A DNA stretch of 64,000 bases, taken from the human T2T-CHM13v2.0 reference genome, Homo sapiens. Each line of letters opens with the position of its first letter. Position 1 is the first letter of the stretch. Shown piece by piece: positions 41,479 through 57,957 of this stretch. The notes beneath the pieces are model-generated. The model was not told the origin of the DNA. It did no database searches and saw only the letters and a list, made by a program, of their open reading frames with translations. The position numbers and the translations under genes were made by a program. The stretch is from assembly GCF_009914755.1 (NCBI RefSeq), contig NC_060934.1; one strand, 5' to 3'.

Positions 41479-41769
41479 TTAACAGCAAATCTTACTATTT
41501 TCTCCATAATGAGTGGCCAAAGGCTTACCCAGGCATTCTCCCCAGGAAAGGAAAGACACTGGCAATGGAATTTTAGTCAATGGTATGATGTCTGCTTTCA
41601 ACAAGGGGAAGACAGCAGAAGGAATCGGCTGTGGTTGCCAATGGCCAGGCATTCACCTTTACCTGGACTCAGATTAATACAAGTCGGGCACAGTGATGCT
41701 TCCAGCCTGCCTGCCTTCTCTTCCCAGGCAGCCTGGTGTCAGAGCAGGGACTCTAACCCGAGGAGCTGA

Positions 41770-42131
<362 letters not shown>

Positions 42132-43272
42132 TGAAGTTTAGACCTTACATCAATTGGCAGTCTTTCTACATCTCCTTCTTGGATGAAAAGGTAGGTTAAA
42201 GAAATCGTCTTGACTTTGGCTGCACATTAGAATCACTTAGGGGACTTTTAATAATCTTGACACCCAGGCCTTGCCCCCGACCATTTAAACCAGAGTCATT
42301 GACTCTCAGGGGATCCAATGTGCAGCCAAGGTTAAGAACCACTGACAGTGTTCTCAGGATAGGAGAACTTTGTACATACCCCAGGGAAGTTCGTCTGGCC
42401 AAGAGAGCACAAGGAGAGGAATCCATAGTGAGAATCCACAGAAGGGTATCTGCAGACTGAGAACAGCCCCAGGCACATAGAAGGATAAACAAGTTCAGGA
42501 AGGATGGAGTTTAAGGACAGCGAGCTCTTCCAGGGCCAAGAGGGCACGGGGAGGGCAGCTGCATGCAGATATTTCGGCCAGATCACCAGAGGTGTCCAAG
42601 AAATTACATATTTGACAAAAACACTTTTCCAATAATTTTTATTAAATACAGGAGATGATTTAACAGATGATATTATCTGTAAGAAGTACTTTTTTAAAAA
42701 GTTTAGTAGAAATAAGATCATAAAACATCTTGTTTTCCTTGTAGCTCTTTAGTGCTGTCACAGAGGACAATGATAGGCAGGTTTCAGGATTTTTTTTTTT
42801 TCATTTGTCTTTCAGAAAGGGTGGAATGCAAAGTATTGCTAATCAGAGAAAATCCCTGTTTAATCTGCATGTAGGAATGGATTAAAGAGTGTCTCAGGTG
42901 AAAGTGACTCTTTGTAAACAAACAGAATAAATAAATCCTTCCTTCTTCATCCCCCGCATCTTAACCTCAGGTCCAGTTCTTGAGTTTCATCCTTTCAGTG
43001 TTCATAGGCTGGTCCTCCTCTCTGAGCCAAGATCTAAGCCTACACTTTCCCCTTTACAACAGGAAAATGCAGCAGCTGGCAGCAGGGCCCTCCCATCCAT
43101 GCTGTGAGGGCTTGTTAGGGCCTCTTTCAGCAAATGTTTCTAAAACCTGGATTTCAACGATCACTCCTTCCTCAAGAGTGCAGCAGCTCCCCGGTATCTA
43201 CTGAATCAAGCCTGAGCTTTTTGTCATGGCTCAGTCACTCAGTCTCACCCTGAGCTCCATGCCCATATAGAA

Positions 43273-44226
<954 letters not shown>

Positions 44227-44337
44227 TTATAAGCTGGCATCCTTGGATCTTCAGGCTTGAAACTTCTGAATGTTCTTTAACCCTTTCTCTCTCTCTTTGA
44301 CTCTTCATCTCACATCTCTAGTCACATCAAAAGGGTG

Positions 44338-44387
44338 AGGAACAGCAGCCAGGTATCAGGAACAGCAGCCAGGTATCAGGAACAGCA
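44338..44387. repeat. 20-bp tandem repeat x2.5
   Basis: Perfect copies of aggaacagcagccaggtatc, within L2-like sequence. Confidence 0.92.
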
Positions 44388-44809
44388 AGTGCAAAGGCTC
44401 AGAGGTGAAACTGTCTGAGATGTTTCGGGTCCAGTGAGCAGCTGAGAGTGGCAGGAAAGTAGGTGTTGAGAGGATGTTTACAAGACAAGGATGAGACCGC
44501 TGGGAGCAGAGACAGATAGTCAAGGGACCTGTTAGGCCAAGGAGATGGGGGGTTACAGGCTTCCTGCTGGAAGCCCTTGGAGACCTTTCCTCGGGGTGTG
44601 TCATGATGAGGGTGGAAGAATGGAGGAGGATCTCGGCCTGGGACAGTGGTGGCTGGGACACCAGTATGGAGGCAACTGTGCCAGGCCCAAGCCTCGAGCT
44701 CGTGACAGCGTGGTACCAAAGGCAATGGAATAACACTAGGAGTGCCCTGTGGGCCTCAGCTGTGCGAAAGGACCAACAACTCTCAAAGAGGACATTACTG
44801 AGACAAAGT

Positions 44810-44990
44810 GCCATGTTGGCCATACTGGGGCCTGAGACAAAGTAAATCAGCAGGACTGATTCTGTCTTCATCTAAAATTCCAGTAGTTTCTTCATCATGG
44901 ATTTCTGGGCATTCATTTTGATTTTTAAAATATTATATTAAATACTATTTGTATCAATTTATTAATGAGGGTTACCCCTTAAAATTTAAT
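44810..44990. mobile_element. Possible MER96-like hAT element
   Basis: ggggcctgagacaaagtaaatcagcaggactgattctgtcttcatctaaaatt...catcatggattt resembles the recalled consensus. Confidence 0.45.
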
Positions 44991-46039
44991 GTCATGCTTT
45001 GCTGTTTTATACATGACTCGTTTTGTTTTATTCCACAAATATTCAGTGTGTGCACACTGGGCATGGCACATGCAGGCCACAGAGCTAACCTGAACACAAA
45101 CCCGACCCTCTTGTAATGCAGGAAAGGGGCTCCTTTCACCACCTTATCACATGACAGAAACCTTCTGGCCTATGTGAAGCCAGGGGACAGATATAGGCAG
45201 ACCGGAGAATTCTCTGATTCACACAAAACATCCTCCTCTCAGGTCACTCCTGTCTTAAAGCTGAAGTTTTCAGCCACCAACCCATCGTTTTGAAGCAGCA
45301 TGATACTTTTTAGTGACTATCCTGTTACTTGCATGCTGCAGGACTCCTATGACAACTTCTCCCCCTCCACTCTTTCTAAAGCCTTGTCATTTCTGGCACC
45401 GGCTTCCTAATGCTCACTTCCTCCAGCCTGGCCTTGCTATGAAATAACAGGAATTATATTTAGATTTGCGAATTCAGCACTGCAGGCTGCTTCCTTCTGG
45501 GGAGTGAGCTCATGGTGGAGCTGGCAGAGTTTTGACAGCTTTGGCAGTCCCTTCCATGGTGTGATAATGTGAACAAGCCCCTCAAGGTCGAGTTAGTGGC
45601 CTTCTCCTCCATTTCACAGATGCAGATACTGAAGCCCAAAGAGATCAGAGATCATGAGTGTCTCAGACTATACAGCTGACTCCGAATTTTGCCTACAATT
45701 AAGGTAGTCACAGAAATTTGGAAGTGAGAGAGACTTTGGGAATATCCTGGGTCAACCTCCTCTTATGCCAAGGGAGGAAATTAAATTCCAGGGAAATTTT
45801 GTGATTGCCCTGAGATTAATTTAGTTGAGGACTCCTCCAACTCTTTTAGTCATACCTGTTCCTTCCCCTTCCACATAAGGCTTGAGCCCCCTGCTAGAGA
45901 AGGTGGGGGGTACCTCCATGGCCAGAGGTAACCCCCACCTTCTTATGCCATAGTTCAGAGCTGTGATTATAGTACAAGCCCAGTAAGCCATTGCTGAGAG
46001 AAGCATCATGCATGCCAGTGATCAGACTTGGAAAATCAA

Positions 46040-46385
46040 TAACGGTAAAAGCCAGCATTTATTGAGCATGTACTACGTGCTAGGTACTTTGTGTGCATTA
46101 TCTCATTAACCCTCACAACTACCCTGTGAGGGAGGTCCTATTATCCCCATGTTTATATTATGATAAAAAACACATAACAAAAAATTTACCATCTTAACCA
46201 TTTTTAAGTATCCAGTTCAATAGCATTAATATATTCACATAGTTGTAGTTATCCCTGTTTTTATAGATGAGAAAATTTGACTCAGAGAGGTTAAATAATT
46301 TGCCCAGATCCTACAGCAAATAAGTGATAGAGCTGGAATTCAAAATCAGGTCTGATTCCGGAGCCTATGCTCTCAACCCACTCTG
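46040..46385. mobile_element. MIR interrupted by a short L1 3' fragment
   Basis: MIR core split at ttatccc(c), with about 100 bp of L1-like AT-rich sequence inserted. Confidence 0.7.
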
Positions 46386-48152
46386 GATGATACAGGCTAA
46401 CTTGTTTCAACTTGGCCCCTCACCAGGGCAGGCGACTGGCTTCAGCACCTACGTTGCCTCTTTGGATACCTTCCTCTCTGTCCCTGGAGACAGCACCCAT
46501 TCCCTCTACCAACCCAGTAATCTTTACTGTGACACATGTGCCCCCACCCCTGCCTTGCTATTGGTCCCCAAGGTTAGACATTTTGCTAGAGGGGAGCGTC
46601 AGCTCTTAAGGGCCTGTTTCAGACTTTGGGAGGAAGAGGGAGAGTAAAAAGAGGAAGGGACAGATGGCAGGGGAAATGGGAAGGAGAGGGGGTAAGGCAC
46701 GTGGGAGGCAGGAGGGAATGCGGTAGCGGCCCTCTGGGGTCTGGAATATGCTCAGAAGTAGGGTGGCTGAACAGAGCAGCTGGAAGGACGCCACCATAAT
46801 CCATGCATCCTTTCTCAACACCCGAGGCAGAAAGGCCCCCTGAGGGTCCTGGAGTGGAGGGGCTGTGTTCCCTTACACACAAGCATCTTGCTGCCAGGGC
46901 TGTTTCTTACTCTCCACTTATTAACCGTATAAAGTAATTTATAAGTTTCTCCAAACAGTTCACACCCTACCTTTTTTTTTTTTTTTTTTTTTTTTTTGCT
47001 TGTTTCTTTTTTTTCCTACTGAGATCTGCAAATATTTTGTGGTAGTCTTTGGCATGTCTGAACGGCTGAGCTTGGTTATAAGCAGTCAGAAATTGGGCTG
47101 ACTTGGCACAAGCAGGAGTAGGGATGATTCCACTAATACCCTGTGTCCTTCAAAAACCCTGGTAGGACTTACCCTATCAGAGGCAGTTATGCATCAGGCA
47201 CACCACCCTGAGACTGATGAGATGGCAAGGAAATGATGCTATACCTGCCTTAAGAAGTTCTTAGAAGTTTTGTCACTTGATTTGACAGCTGAAATTGGCA
47301 TGGCCCTTCCCCTCTCTGACTTTAGGGGCCAGTGGTCCTTGGGGCCTCCAGGAATACAACACTTCTCTTTCCTTTAGCACATTGGAATGCTTGCTGGACT
47401 CTGCTCTCACCACCCACCTGGCAGAGGTCTTGAATAAAGGAAAACTTCCTCATAAAACTACATAAAAGCAGATTGCAAAAACCAAAAAAGTTAAGGGAGA
47501 CTCCTGTGTTCATAGATGACACAGACTCTTGGGTTTGGAAGAACACTAAGAGGTCATGTCATTTAGTCCCTTCACTGTGTCTGACTCTGATGTGCTCATT
47601 GTTCTGATGAGGTGCTGACAGCTGCACCGTGCATGTGTTCACTGTCTGTCCTCTACCAGCATAAAAATGCAAAACTGACGTCTCTTAAATCGAACCAGCT
47701 GCCAATAGGTTTGTAAAACCAAGCGACTGAGAAGTAGTTCTAGTCATGTTTCTGAAAATGCAATTCTACATAATTCCAGAAAATAAAAGTGTCTTAAGAA
47801 TTTGAATATGTTCTTTTAAAAATTAACTTAATGGGGGAAAAAGGAACTTTGGCTATATCTACATGGCATGATATATATATAGTATTGTCATCTACTTGTC
47901 CTGGCATCCATTTCTGCAGGTAAAAGCAAAGATATTTTCAGGAAGTAAAGAGTGATTTTGAGGGATGGCATTCAAGAACTCATATATTGAAAAAGTTTGA
48001 CCCAGTTAAATTCTTCTTAGCTCTGAGAAAACAAAGATATTGGGAATGTCTTGTATGTAGGGGTAGGGGTGAAAGGAAGCATTGTAATTCATTAAAAACA
48101 TCTACAAATGTTTGTCAATAATACATTTAAATAAAAATTTTGAAGCAATATC

Positions 48153-48448
48153 TTTTTTTTTTTTTGAGACAGGGTCTCACTCTGTCACCCAGGCTGGGGT
48201 ATAGTGGCGTTATCTCGGCTCACTAAAGCCTCAACCTCCCTGGCTCAAGTGATCCTCCCACCTCAGCCTCCTGAGTAGCTGGAACTACAGGCATGTGCCA
48301 TCATGCCCAGCTAATTTTTTGTATTTTTTGTAGAGACAGGGTTTCGCCATGTTGCCCAGACTGGTCTCAAACTCCTGAGCTCAAGGGCTTTGTCCACGTC
48401 GGCCTCCCAAAGTACTGGGATTACAGGTATGAGCTACTGTGCCTGGCC
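48153..48448 (-). mobile_element. Alu (AluJ-like)
   Basis: Antisense Alu. TSD caatatct. Confidence 0.94.
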
Positions 48449-48529
48449 AACAATATCTAGTGGGTCAAAAAAATATATAATCGTGGGTCCCCAAAATACA
48501 CTCATTTATGGTAAATATAGGAAATTGTT

Positions 48530-48715
48530 TAATTATCAATTTTTAAATTGTGGTAAAACATACATAATGTAAAATTCACCATTTCACCCATTTCAAATTG
48601 TACAACTCAGTGGCATTTAGTAAATTCACAATATTGTGCAATCACCACCACTGCCTAGTTCCAGAATATTTTCATCACCCCTAAATAAAACCCCAGACCC
48701 ATGAAGCAGTCATTG
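48530..48715 (-). mobile_element. L1MB-like 3' end fragment
   Basis: tgtggtaaaacatacataatgtaaaattcaccatt...ccagaatattttcatcaccc. Confidence 0.75.
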
Positions 48716-50417
48716 GCAATTTTAAAGCAGATTTTCAAAATAATTTACTTTTGAGGCATTTTCATGAATAGCTTTTGTTTTCATCATGCTAAGAGGTTGT
48801 TAATAGAATTTACCCTAATAGGTAGCATCGGGTATATTAAGCCCAATCATCTAAGATCGGTTTGGCAACTGTGATGATCTTCGAGTATGAAGATGATGTG
48901 AAATCTGAAGTCCTGCCATGGTAAAAAAGAGAACTCTGACCTTGAACAGGCTGTAAAGATCATCTAAAAGCCAAAACAATCATATATATGTACAGAGTTC
49001 ATTTTTTTCAATGATTTTATATTACATTTGCCATTTTCTTTTTTGAAATTATAGTTCTCATGTTTGTATGTGATTCTTATAGTTATTTGCAGTGCAATGA
49101 AATACTCTTCCTAGTATGTTCAATATTGAGTAGGGACATTAATACACTTTTTATGCTTAAAAAATTATTTTTCATAATGAAGTTTTTATACTTTGAACCA
49201 AGTAAGATTGTAAAATGAAGGGGTAAAAAATGGAATGGGGCTGGGGGTCATTTCACTCTAGGTACGAGCTCAGACTTTCTTGTCTTCTACTCCAAGCACC
49301 CTTGGTCATAGCCTCCCTCTGGGGAACTCCCGTTTACTTAGGTGTGGTCTCCCACCTCTGGCCTTTCCCTCCTTATCACCATGTTCCTGAACAATGATCC
49401 ATTTATCCAGCTAGGCTGTTGATTGAACCACCTCTGTGAGTGGGTAGGAGAGCTCTCTGCCCCCTTGGTCTGAGTTGGTTATCAGATAAATGAGTCCTGC
49501 GTGGGTGCTAGTGACAGATGACTCAGTGCCTGAACCTATTACACTTAATGATGTTTAATTTTGAACCAGAACATTGAGACACTGCCATATCCCAAGTAGA
49601 TGCCTCTCTAACAACACAATCCAGGGCACCAGGGAAGCACAGACCAGGAGGAAGGGGGCATTCATTGAGCTCTTACTCTCCGGTATACAGAGGTACTGTT
49701 CTAATACCCCTGCTTTATGTTATATATTATTGAGATATTATTATTCCCATTTTTCAGATGAAAAACCTGAGGCTAAAAGGGATTAAGTGATCTTCTCAAA
49801 GACCACAAGCTGGTAAGTGCAGAGCAAATGTTCAAATCCACATCTGCCTGATTCTTTCTTTTCAGTAAGACAAAAACACCTTCCAAGGGCACCTCTTAAA
49901 ATACCACGTTGGTGCTGTGTGCTTGGTCTGTATATAAGACCAGCTCTGCTCTTCATAATTATAACTCACTCTCAGATTACATGAACGATTGTGGGAGCAT
50001 TCTTTGCAAAATATATAGCAGTAGGATACCAGACACACCTGAGTCAGTGTGGAATTCAAGTTTGGGCCTGGAACACACAATTGTCTGAAATACTGACAGC
50101 AGGAATCCTCAGAAGGCTTTCTGACTAGTAAGTGACTGCTTTTTTAATTTTAAAACAAACGTCTATGAAAAGTGAAGAACAAAGCCTGAATGTTACATTG
50201 GCCAGTAAATTACACAGGCAGACATGGAGGGGTCGTCTAGAGCTTGAACAGGTGACCTGGCCTCTCTGGGCCTCACCTTTCTCACCTGTGGAATAAAGGG
50301 GCTGGAGAGGTGTCCTTTCAGTCCTCGCAAGGCGAATCTCTGTGCTTCTCCATGGAAGCCTGTGTCTCTGCACATTGTAGAAGCAAGCAAGGCCCGAGTC
50401 CTCATGGAACCCCCGAC

Positions 50418-50586
50418 CAGCACTGGCTGCATAATTTCTGGGGCCCAATGTAAAATGAAAATGCAGGGCCCCTTGGTCGAAATTGTTAAGAATTTCAGGA
50501 CTGCAACAGCAGAGCATTAAACCAGGCACAAGCTCCGAGCACAGGACCCTGTGCGACTGTATGGCCACACGCCCAGGAAGCTAGGG
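50418..50586 (-). mobile_element. MER45A-like hAT-Tip100 element
   Basis: Reverse complement resembles the recalled MER45A consensus (ttaatgctctgctg...ggggccctgcattttcatttt). Confidence 0.8.
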
Positions 50587-52264
50587 ACCTGTGCTGCGTG
50601 TTCCCTACAATGTGTGAAGGAAGGGAATCTGGAGTAGGTCTGGGGCCCCCAGCCAGCATGGGAGGCAGGGATGCTCCTGGGGTAATGAGAGCCTTCCTTA
50701 GGAAACTGGCCAACAGAGAAGTGTGGCTCAGCAAACAGTCACCACATGTCCCTCAAGCTGGCTTCTTTGTCTTGCTTTTGAAATAAGCATTGAAATAGCC
50801 ATGCTGGGCTGAGGGAAATGGTCTGTTTGGAGGCCTAGACCACAGTGCTGCAAAAGGGTTGTGAAAACATTAGGTTAAAAAATAAGGCTTCAGGTGTAGC
50901 TTCTGGTGGACTCCCTTTCAGAAGGGAGGTGAAGGCAGGACAGGTAGGAAAAGGTGGTGAAATAAGGAGGAGGAGGGGCTTGTGGGGAGGGCTCTTTTCT
51001 TTTTGGAACAAAGCACAGGGAGGAAGGAGGTGAAGTCAGACTTTCTTGCTCATTGCTGGATGGAGACAAATACGCCAGTAATGAGGAGGCTTAACACACA
51101 GTGAAGAGGAGCAACCTCCTGAGAGAGGGTTTCCACCGCAGCAGCCAACCCCAGTGTCCAGTGTCAGCCCAACACAAAAGCTGCTTCCCTACAGCTGTGC
51201 TGGGGAACCCCGAGGTCATGTGGGACCTAGAGGACGGCAGCCAGCATCACACTTCAGGGTTCTCTGCTCCCTTGATCTGGAGCAGGGACTTGGGTAGGGG
51301 CTGGAATTCCACCCCATCAGCAGGTGAGGCCCATTTCTGGAGCAACAGGTGAAACATACTCTAAATTCCTAATAATGTGCATGGTTCCTAGGGGCCTAGG
51401 AAACCCAGCATAAACGTGGAATGAAAAAACTAAGGCTGCCTTTGAGCGCTTAAACCTCAACATCTGACAGAGCAAACACAGAGAAGCAAGGTCACCCTCA
51501 AGAAGCAGAATGGCCCCAAGTCTGTGAGATTTAAGGGGGACCTGATGGAATGTAATCACCAATCCAGAGACACAGGGTGTCCAATGGGAGGCAGTAGCGG
51601 TACCTCTCTGACCTCCAATCTGCAGAGACGGAGTCTTGGTTAGGTGGACTTAAAAGGCCTCCTTAGTGAGGCTCTGTCTACAGTGGACAAGAGCACCACA
51701 GCCCTGCAAGCCTGGGGGCAGGATTACCCAAGAGCCTTGAGCATCTGACATTACAAGAGACAGCGCTCTTCTGAGCACAGGACCCTGGGTCCTTCACATA
51801 GACCTCCTCTCATCATTCCTAATATGCAGAACAATCACACAAAGCATTTCCTGAGATCCAGATTCAATCGAAACCAATTTAAAGAGTTATTTTGGAGGGG
51901 GGCGGGGAGACATAGAAATGCTTAATAGAGCTGGAAAAAAGTCTTTAATGAAAAAGATTGAACCCTTAAAGCCTACCCATCGGTTTCAAAAAAATATATA
52001 CACACTGGCCACAGGGAGACCAGACAAGACAGGGTGAATCCTGCTCCAGAAACTCTCCCAGCTCATGGAAGGATTATTCCAAATACATGCCTCTTGGACA
52101 CTGCCACAGAATTTTCATATATAACCAAGAAGATTAAAGGATGGACAAGCAAACGCATTTCATCTCTCCTCCACCAGCTGCTTTGTCTTTTATCCAATGT
52201 CCTTAGGCAACATATTCTGCTCTAGGATAAGCACAGTGTGTGCACCTCTGTCCAGAATTTGGCC

Positions 52265-52591
<327 letters not shown>

Positions 52592-53091
52592 AGAATTTGG
52601 CCATTGGATCAGACTCACAAGCCCTTGAACTTCTTAATGGCTGTGTTATGACATAATATGCTTTTTACCTCAACATTAAGAATTTCCACTCAAGATTTGC
52701 TCAGTCTACTTGAAGAAGTAGAAACAGACTATTTATTACAAGATGACCTTATGTCTGGAAATCTTTTCCTGCTCTCACTTTTCTACCCAGGAGAGAGCAA
52801 CTTATAGCTCAATGGTGCATATAGTTCATGGGATCTAGTTTTGTTTGACACAACTTTTAAAAAGGAACATCAAATTGAAATGCAGGCCTAAGGATTTATT
52901 GCCCCTCCTCTAGGCAATCCCTCATCCAAACCATCCCAGACCGGAAACCCAGTGTGATCTGAGCAAAGACCACAACAATGGCAAAGATATGTATTGCCTA
53001 TTCTGAACTTTAAATACACGTTGTCACTATAAGCAAATAGAAATGAATATTTGCTTATTGTTCTGAAGAGAACATGTCACTTAGTCTGAAT

Positions 53092-53281
53092 CAGGGTTTC
53101 TCAACAGTGGCAATAGGGACATTTTGGGCCAGATGATTCTTTGTTGTGGAGACTGCCCTGTACAATGTAGGATGTTTAGCAGCATCCTTGGGGACTAACT
53201 ACTAGTGTCTGTAACACTCCCCAGTTGTGACAACCAAATGTTCCCTTGGGGACAAAATTGCCCCTGATGGAGAACCATTGA
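53092..53281. mobile_element. MER20 DNA transposon
   Basis: gacattttgggccagatgattctttgttgtgg...ccccagttgtgacaacca...gagaaccattg. Confidence 0.85.
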
Positions 53282-56200
53282 TTGAAATGATCCAGCTATG
53301 TCTTGCGGGAGGCTGGGGAAGGATGTTTCTGTGGAATCTATTAAGAAGCCAAAGAAAGCGAAGTGTTTTAATTTCCCTAGAACAAGCTATCCTTTAATTT
53401 TTCTCTCCCTTTTTTTCTTGCTCATGTAAGACCTTCTTTGAAAATGAACCAAGCTGATAAATTCTCCCAAGAACAGATGGGGTTAAATCACCTGTAGGGA
53501 GAAAACAAGAGATCGTCTGTAAATACATGCCTGAAGAGTTTGGCACCAGCCCAGTTCTTTTCAATCCAGTAATCTAGGAGGCAGGGCTGGAAAATAACTG
53601 TGATTTGGTCCTTGGAAACCTAATCGATTGTATCATAGTCCATTTGGAAACATGTTGTGTGAAGAGGAAGGTGTTGTTCAGCCATGGTACACAATCACTG
53701 GGTCCAGAAGAGAGGTTCCTCGGACATGTGGATTCTGGTTTAGGGTTTTCCTAGCACAGCCATGCCCAGAGTGGGTGAGGAAGTTGCCTTGAGTTTTCTT
53801 GGCTGATGACTCTGAAGTCCACTCGCACTAAGCCAGTTTCTGATAACGTGGCTCCCATGTGGCTTGCCCACAGGGAGAAAGAACCCTTCTCAGCTGCTCT
53901 GGGTAGTCCATCCATTGGTGTGCCGCAAGATGGTCCAGTTAAGTGGCTTCTCATCCAATGGGATGCAGGTAGGCAGTGTGAGGGGATGGGAAACCAGACG
54001 GTCCAGGAAGTGGATCTAATCTCCACCACTAGATGCTGTGCCTCCTGCCTGCAGCTCCCCTGAAGTTTGCCACCCCAGTTAAAAGGAGTTGGAACCACAA
54101 ATATGAAGAGCAAGAGAGACAGCAAATGCCACTCAGCTTGGGTGGTTTGAGGTACTGGTGGTTGTGTTTGCTTTTTATTGACTTGGTATACTGACTAAGT
54201 GGCAAATACTCTTCTGGGAACTTCAGTCCATGTTGTCTCACTTGGTCTTCACACAAGCCTGTGAGGAAGGCATCTCTAGCTTTGTTTGGCAGCTGGGAAA
54301 ACTGAGGTGTAGAGAAACTGAATGGCTTCAGCTAGTAACTGGCCATTAGAATCAGCCCTGTTGGGCCCCAATGGCATGGTCCTTCTAAATATATCAAGAA
54401 ATATTTCCTGAGAGTCCTGAGATAAAATGGTAGCCTTTGAGAATGTAACATATGTCAAATGTGGTCTCTGTGCTTAAAGGATCACAGCATCAGAGCTGAG
54501 AGGGACTTTGGGAAATGTTCTCATTTTGTAGTTTGAACCAAACAAACATAGGGGACATGGGGGAGCTAATAACCTATCCGGGATGTTGTGGAAGAAAAGG
54601 AAAGAAAAGCCATATATGGAAGAGAAGAGCCATAAAGAAAACCTGCAGGGTGTGGTAGGTGAGTGGGTGTCAGCTGAGGTGAAGAGGGAAAGGTGAGTCA
54701 GTGTGAGGGCTGACGAGGATACCATCGACCAAAACAGGGAGGATCTGAGAGACAGCTAGTTGTGGAAAGGTGAAAAGAAGGTGAATTTGTTTCTGAAGAA
54801 CTGAACCAGAAAAATCAAGGAAGTAAAAACTCCAGTTGAAAACTCCAAACCCTGAGAAGAGAAGGCATGTCTCAGAATCCATTAGATAAGGTCTCAGTGA
54901 GACCCCTACCAGGAAGACCCAGACACCCACAGCAGGGTTCTGTCATGCTTAACATTATTAGTCACTTAGATGAACGCAGAGAAGGAATGTTTGTCACATC
55001 TGCAGTCCATGCAAAGCCAAGTGTCACAGATGTCAGAATCAATAGACAAAATAGTCAAAATAGTCAGAAAGAAGAAAAGGAACCAACATGAAACTTATCA
55101 GGGATCAATGGAAAGTCCCTGTTTATTTTCAGAAAATCAATTACACAACTATAGAATTAGAATAACAACAGTAATGATATTAATAGCTACTATTTTGAAA
55201 GTCCTATAATCACTATGTGCCAGTTGCTTCACAGAAAAATTTATTTAAACCTTACAATAGCCCTACAACATTGGTACTGTTATTATTATCTTTATCTTAC
55301 AGGTGAGGAAACCAAGGAGATTAGGCAATCTTGCCTAAAATCACACAAATCTTGATTTTTCTAATGGAAAAATGCCATACTCTTTAATCAATAAGATAAC
55401 TGGGGAGACCCGATTTGACCACACTTGTGTCAAAGACCTTTTCTAGTTGTAAAAATGAGCAGGTATGTGTTTGTTTATGCTACAAAGAAAAATACACAAG
55501 CACAGATGATGAATCAATTGGGAGGTTATTAAAAACTAAACATTTCATTTTCAAGTTAGTTTTACTAATTTGAAAAGGGATATTTGCAAAGTGATTCAGG
55601 ATTGTAAATTTTGAAATGTTCCCCTAGAAAGGTGAAATTTTTATGATCATAGGAATGTTTACTGTGGAACGATTGAAACCCAGCTCTAGCCAGGTTTCTG
55701 ATCATAACTTTACCTTATACAATTAAGGGAAAATCATGGCTAGGAATCAACTAAAAGACCCTAAGTGTCTATGGACTCCTACTGACAGAGAAGCCTACTT
55801 TAGCAGGCCTCGGTGGGAGCAAAGACATGAGAATCTGTGCTCACACCTCTCTGTGGTCACAAGCAACTTAGCCATCTCACCTATCTCTATTCTTATACAG
55901 CAGAAACTCTCAAGGTGATGACCCATCCCCACTGGGTTCATCCAGAACATTCCCTTTCTTCTTCATTTTGAGAATTCCTTGTCTCCTTCCAATCCTGCAT
56001 GCCCTCCTTTCCTTGGATGACTCTGCTTCCCCTCTCCTCCTAGTAATTCCTTCTGCTCCACTCTCTTTTCAGTCCTGGGAATATACTCCCTGGATCAAGG
56101 TCATTCCTTTCAGTCCTTTGGATGGACACTCACTGTCCTTCTATTTTTGTGGCTAAGAATTTGAGCAAATTCTCACCTAAGCCTAAGAGTATAAACATAA

Positions 56201-56799
56201 CTGTCCACTTTTATGGTCATCTGGTGCCAAATAATTACATGGTTAATCAACCTTCAGAATTGATGTCAACCAGTCAGGACAGAGGACACAAATCACAGGA
56301 GGCAAGTATTTCATCTATTGACTCCTCACCATCCTATCTATCTAATTATGGAAAAGAGTTAAGATGGTGCTTCGAGCCCATTGAGTTTACAATTTCATTT
56401 CTTTGAAAAGTTCCACGTCAACAGTACATTTTACCACAACAGGATGATTCTATAAAGACAACTGAGTAATCAAGTGGAAAAAAAGTTACTTTTATGTAAG
56501 CAGATGAGTGTAGTGTATGATTATCCATGGTATAATTTTGGTTTTCTATCCCATAATCTATGGTTGTATATTGCCCATCAACTACTCTGTGATCAAGCTG
56601 GACTTTGTCCCAAAGGGAGGAATCATAAAATGATTTAAGTTCTAGCACCTTTACTTAAATTCCCACCTGGATTCCCTGAAAGAGAATGCATTTCTGTATA
56701 GTTCTACATTATGGAATATGTCTGAAAACAAAAAAAAAAAAACATTTGGAATCCTCCTGTTCATTCAGAGGAAGGTGCCTAGTTAGTTTCTTTGCCATG

Positions 56800-57480
56800 T
56801 CTTTCTGCCCTCTCTTTCCCTCTTCCTTCTCACTGCCATGTCCCAAGTCCAGGCCTACAACCCTGGATGCTTGGGTTACTTAAGCGCTCCTCCCTCCCAC
56901 CAGATCCCTGCCTCCAGTGTCCCTCCCACTCCAACGCATCCTACCAGGCTCCTTTAAGCCTACTGTCATGACATTGCTAACAGCTAACAGCATAACCTGT
57001 TCTCCAACTCCCTATGGTCAGGGCACTCACCATCCTTTGCAACCTGGACCCACCTTATTTGTCCAATCATACCAGGACCTTCAGGTCCCACATTCCCTAC
57101 TCTTTAGTTTCCGCTGGACAGAAAACTCTCCTCACTATCCCACAAATGGACCGTACTTGTGTTAAGCTTTGAGTGACAGCCTCTGTATTTCCTCCCTCCC
57201 AGCACATAACATGTTTCCTCCAATTCTCCAGTATTTTATAATTTTACCCACCTCTCAAAGCCTACCTCTTAAAAGTATCTTCTCTATGAAACCTCCTCCT
57301 GCTACTCTAAGTCTCTTCTTACATTCCTTCTGTCGCTTACAGCTTCCATTGTATCACCCCCGCCCCTCATGAGGGTGTAGCTATTTGAGACCAAGGGCAA
57401 GAATGAGGTGCCTTCTTGTCCCGTCAGTGCTGATCACACAGCAGCACTCAACAGCATGTTCTTGAAATGGTTGAACACAG
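56800..57480. mobile_element. L2 fragments
   Basis: Pyrimidine-rich L2-like 3' sequence. Confidence 0.5.
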
Positions 57481-57741
57481 CTGATGTTGCCTACTGATCC
57501 CAGATCATTGATGCATTTCACATTACCTTTTACCAAGCACCTCCTAGGCATAAGACCTGTATTCTACTGTGAAGGGTTGTCCCTCTGCCAATCCAGACTT
57601 TCTCTTAAATATTGTCTCAAAAGCTTCAATTCTCTGGCTCATTGTTATCTGTGATTACTTGTCTGCTACATGTGTCACATCACCCCCTGAACATTTGGCT
57701 AAGTTCTAATATGTAGTCAGAATAGAAAACACTCCCTGAAC

Positions 57742-57957
57742 AGAGGGGAACATCACACACCGGGGCCTGTCAAGGTGGGGGACTAGGGGAGGGAGAGAAT
57801 TAGGAGAAATACCTAATGTAGATGACAGGTCGATGGGTGCAGCAAACCACCATGGGATGTGTATACCTATGTAACAAACCTGCACCTTCTGCACATGTAC
57901 CCCAGAACTTAAAAGTATAATAAAAAAAAAAAACTGTTAAAAAATGTGAAAAAAAAA
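57742..57957 (+). mobile_element. 5'-truncated L1PA 3' end
   Basis: ggggaacatcacacaccggggcctg...ctgcacatgtaccccagaactt, then aataaa and poly-A. TSD cactccc(t/a)gaac. Confidence 0.92.

Noticed and set aside
46398-46417. p53-like double half-site TAACTTGTTT CAACTTGGCC
   Set aside because: Three mismatches to RRRCWWGYYY x2, which is expected by chance in 64 kb.
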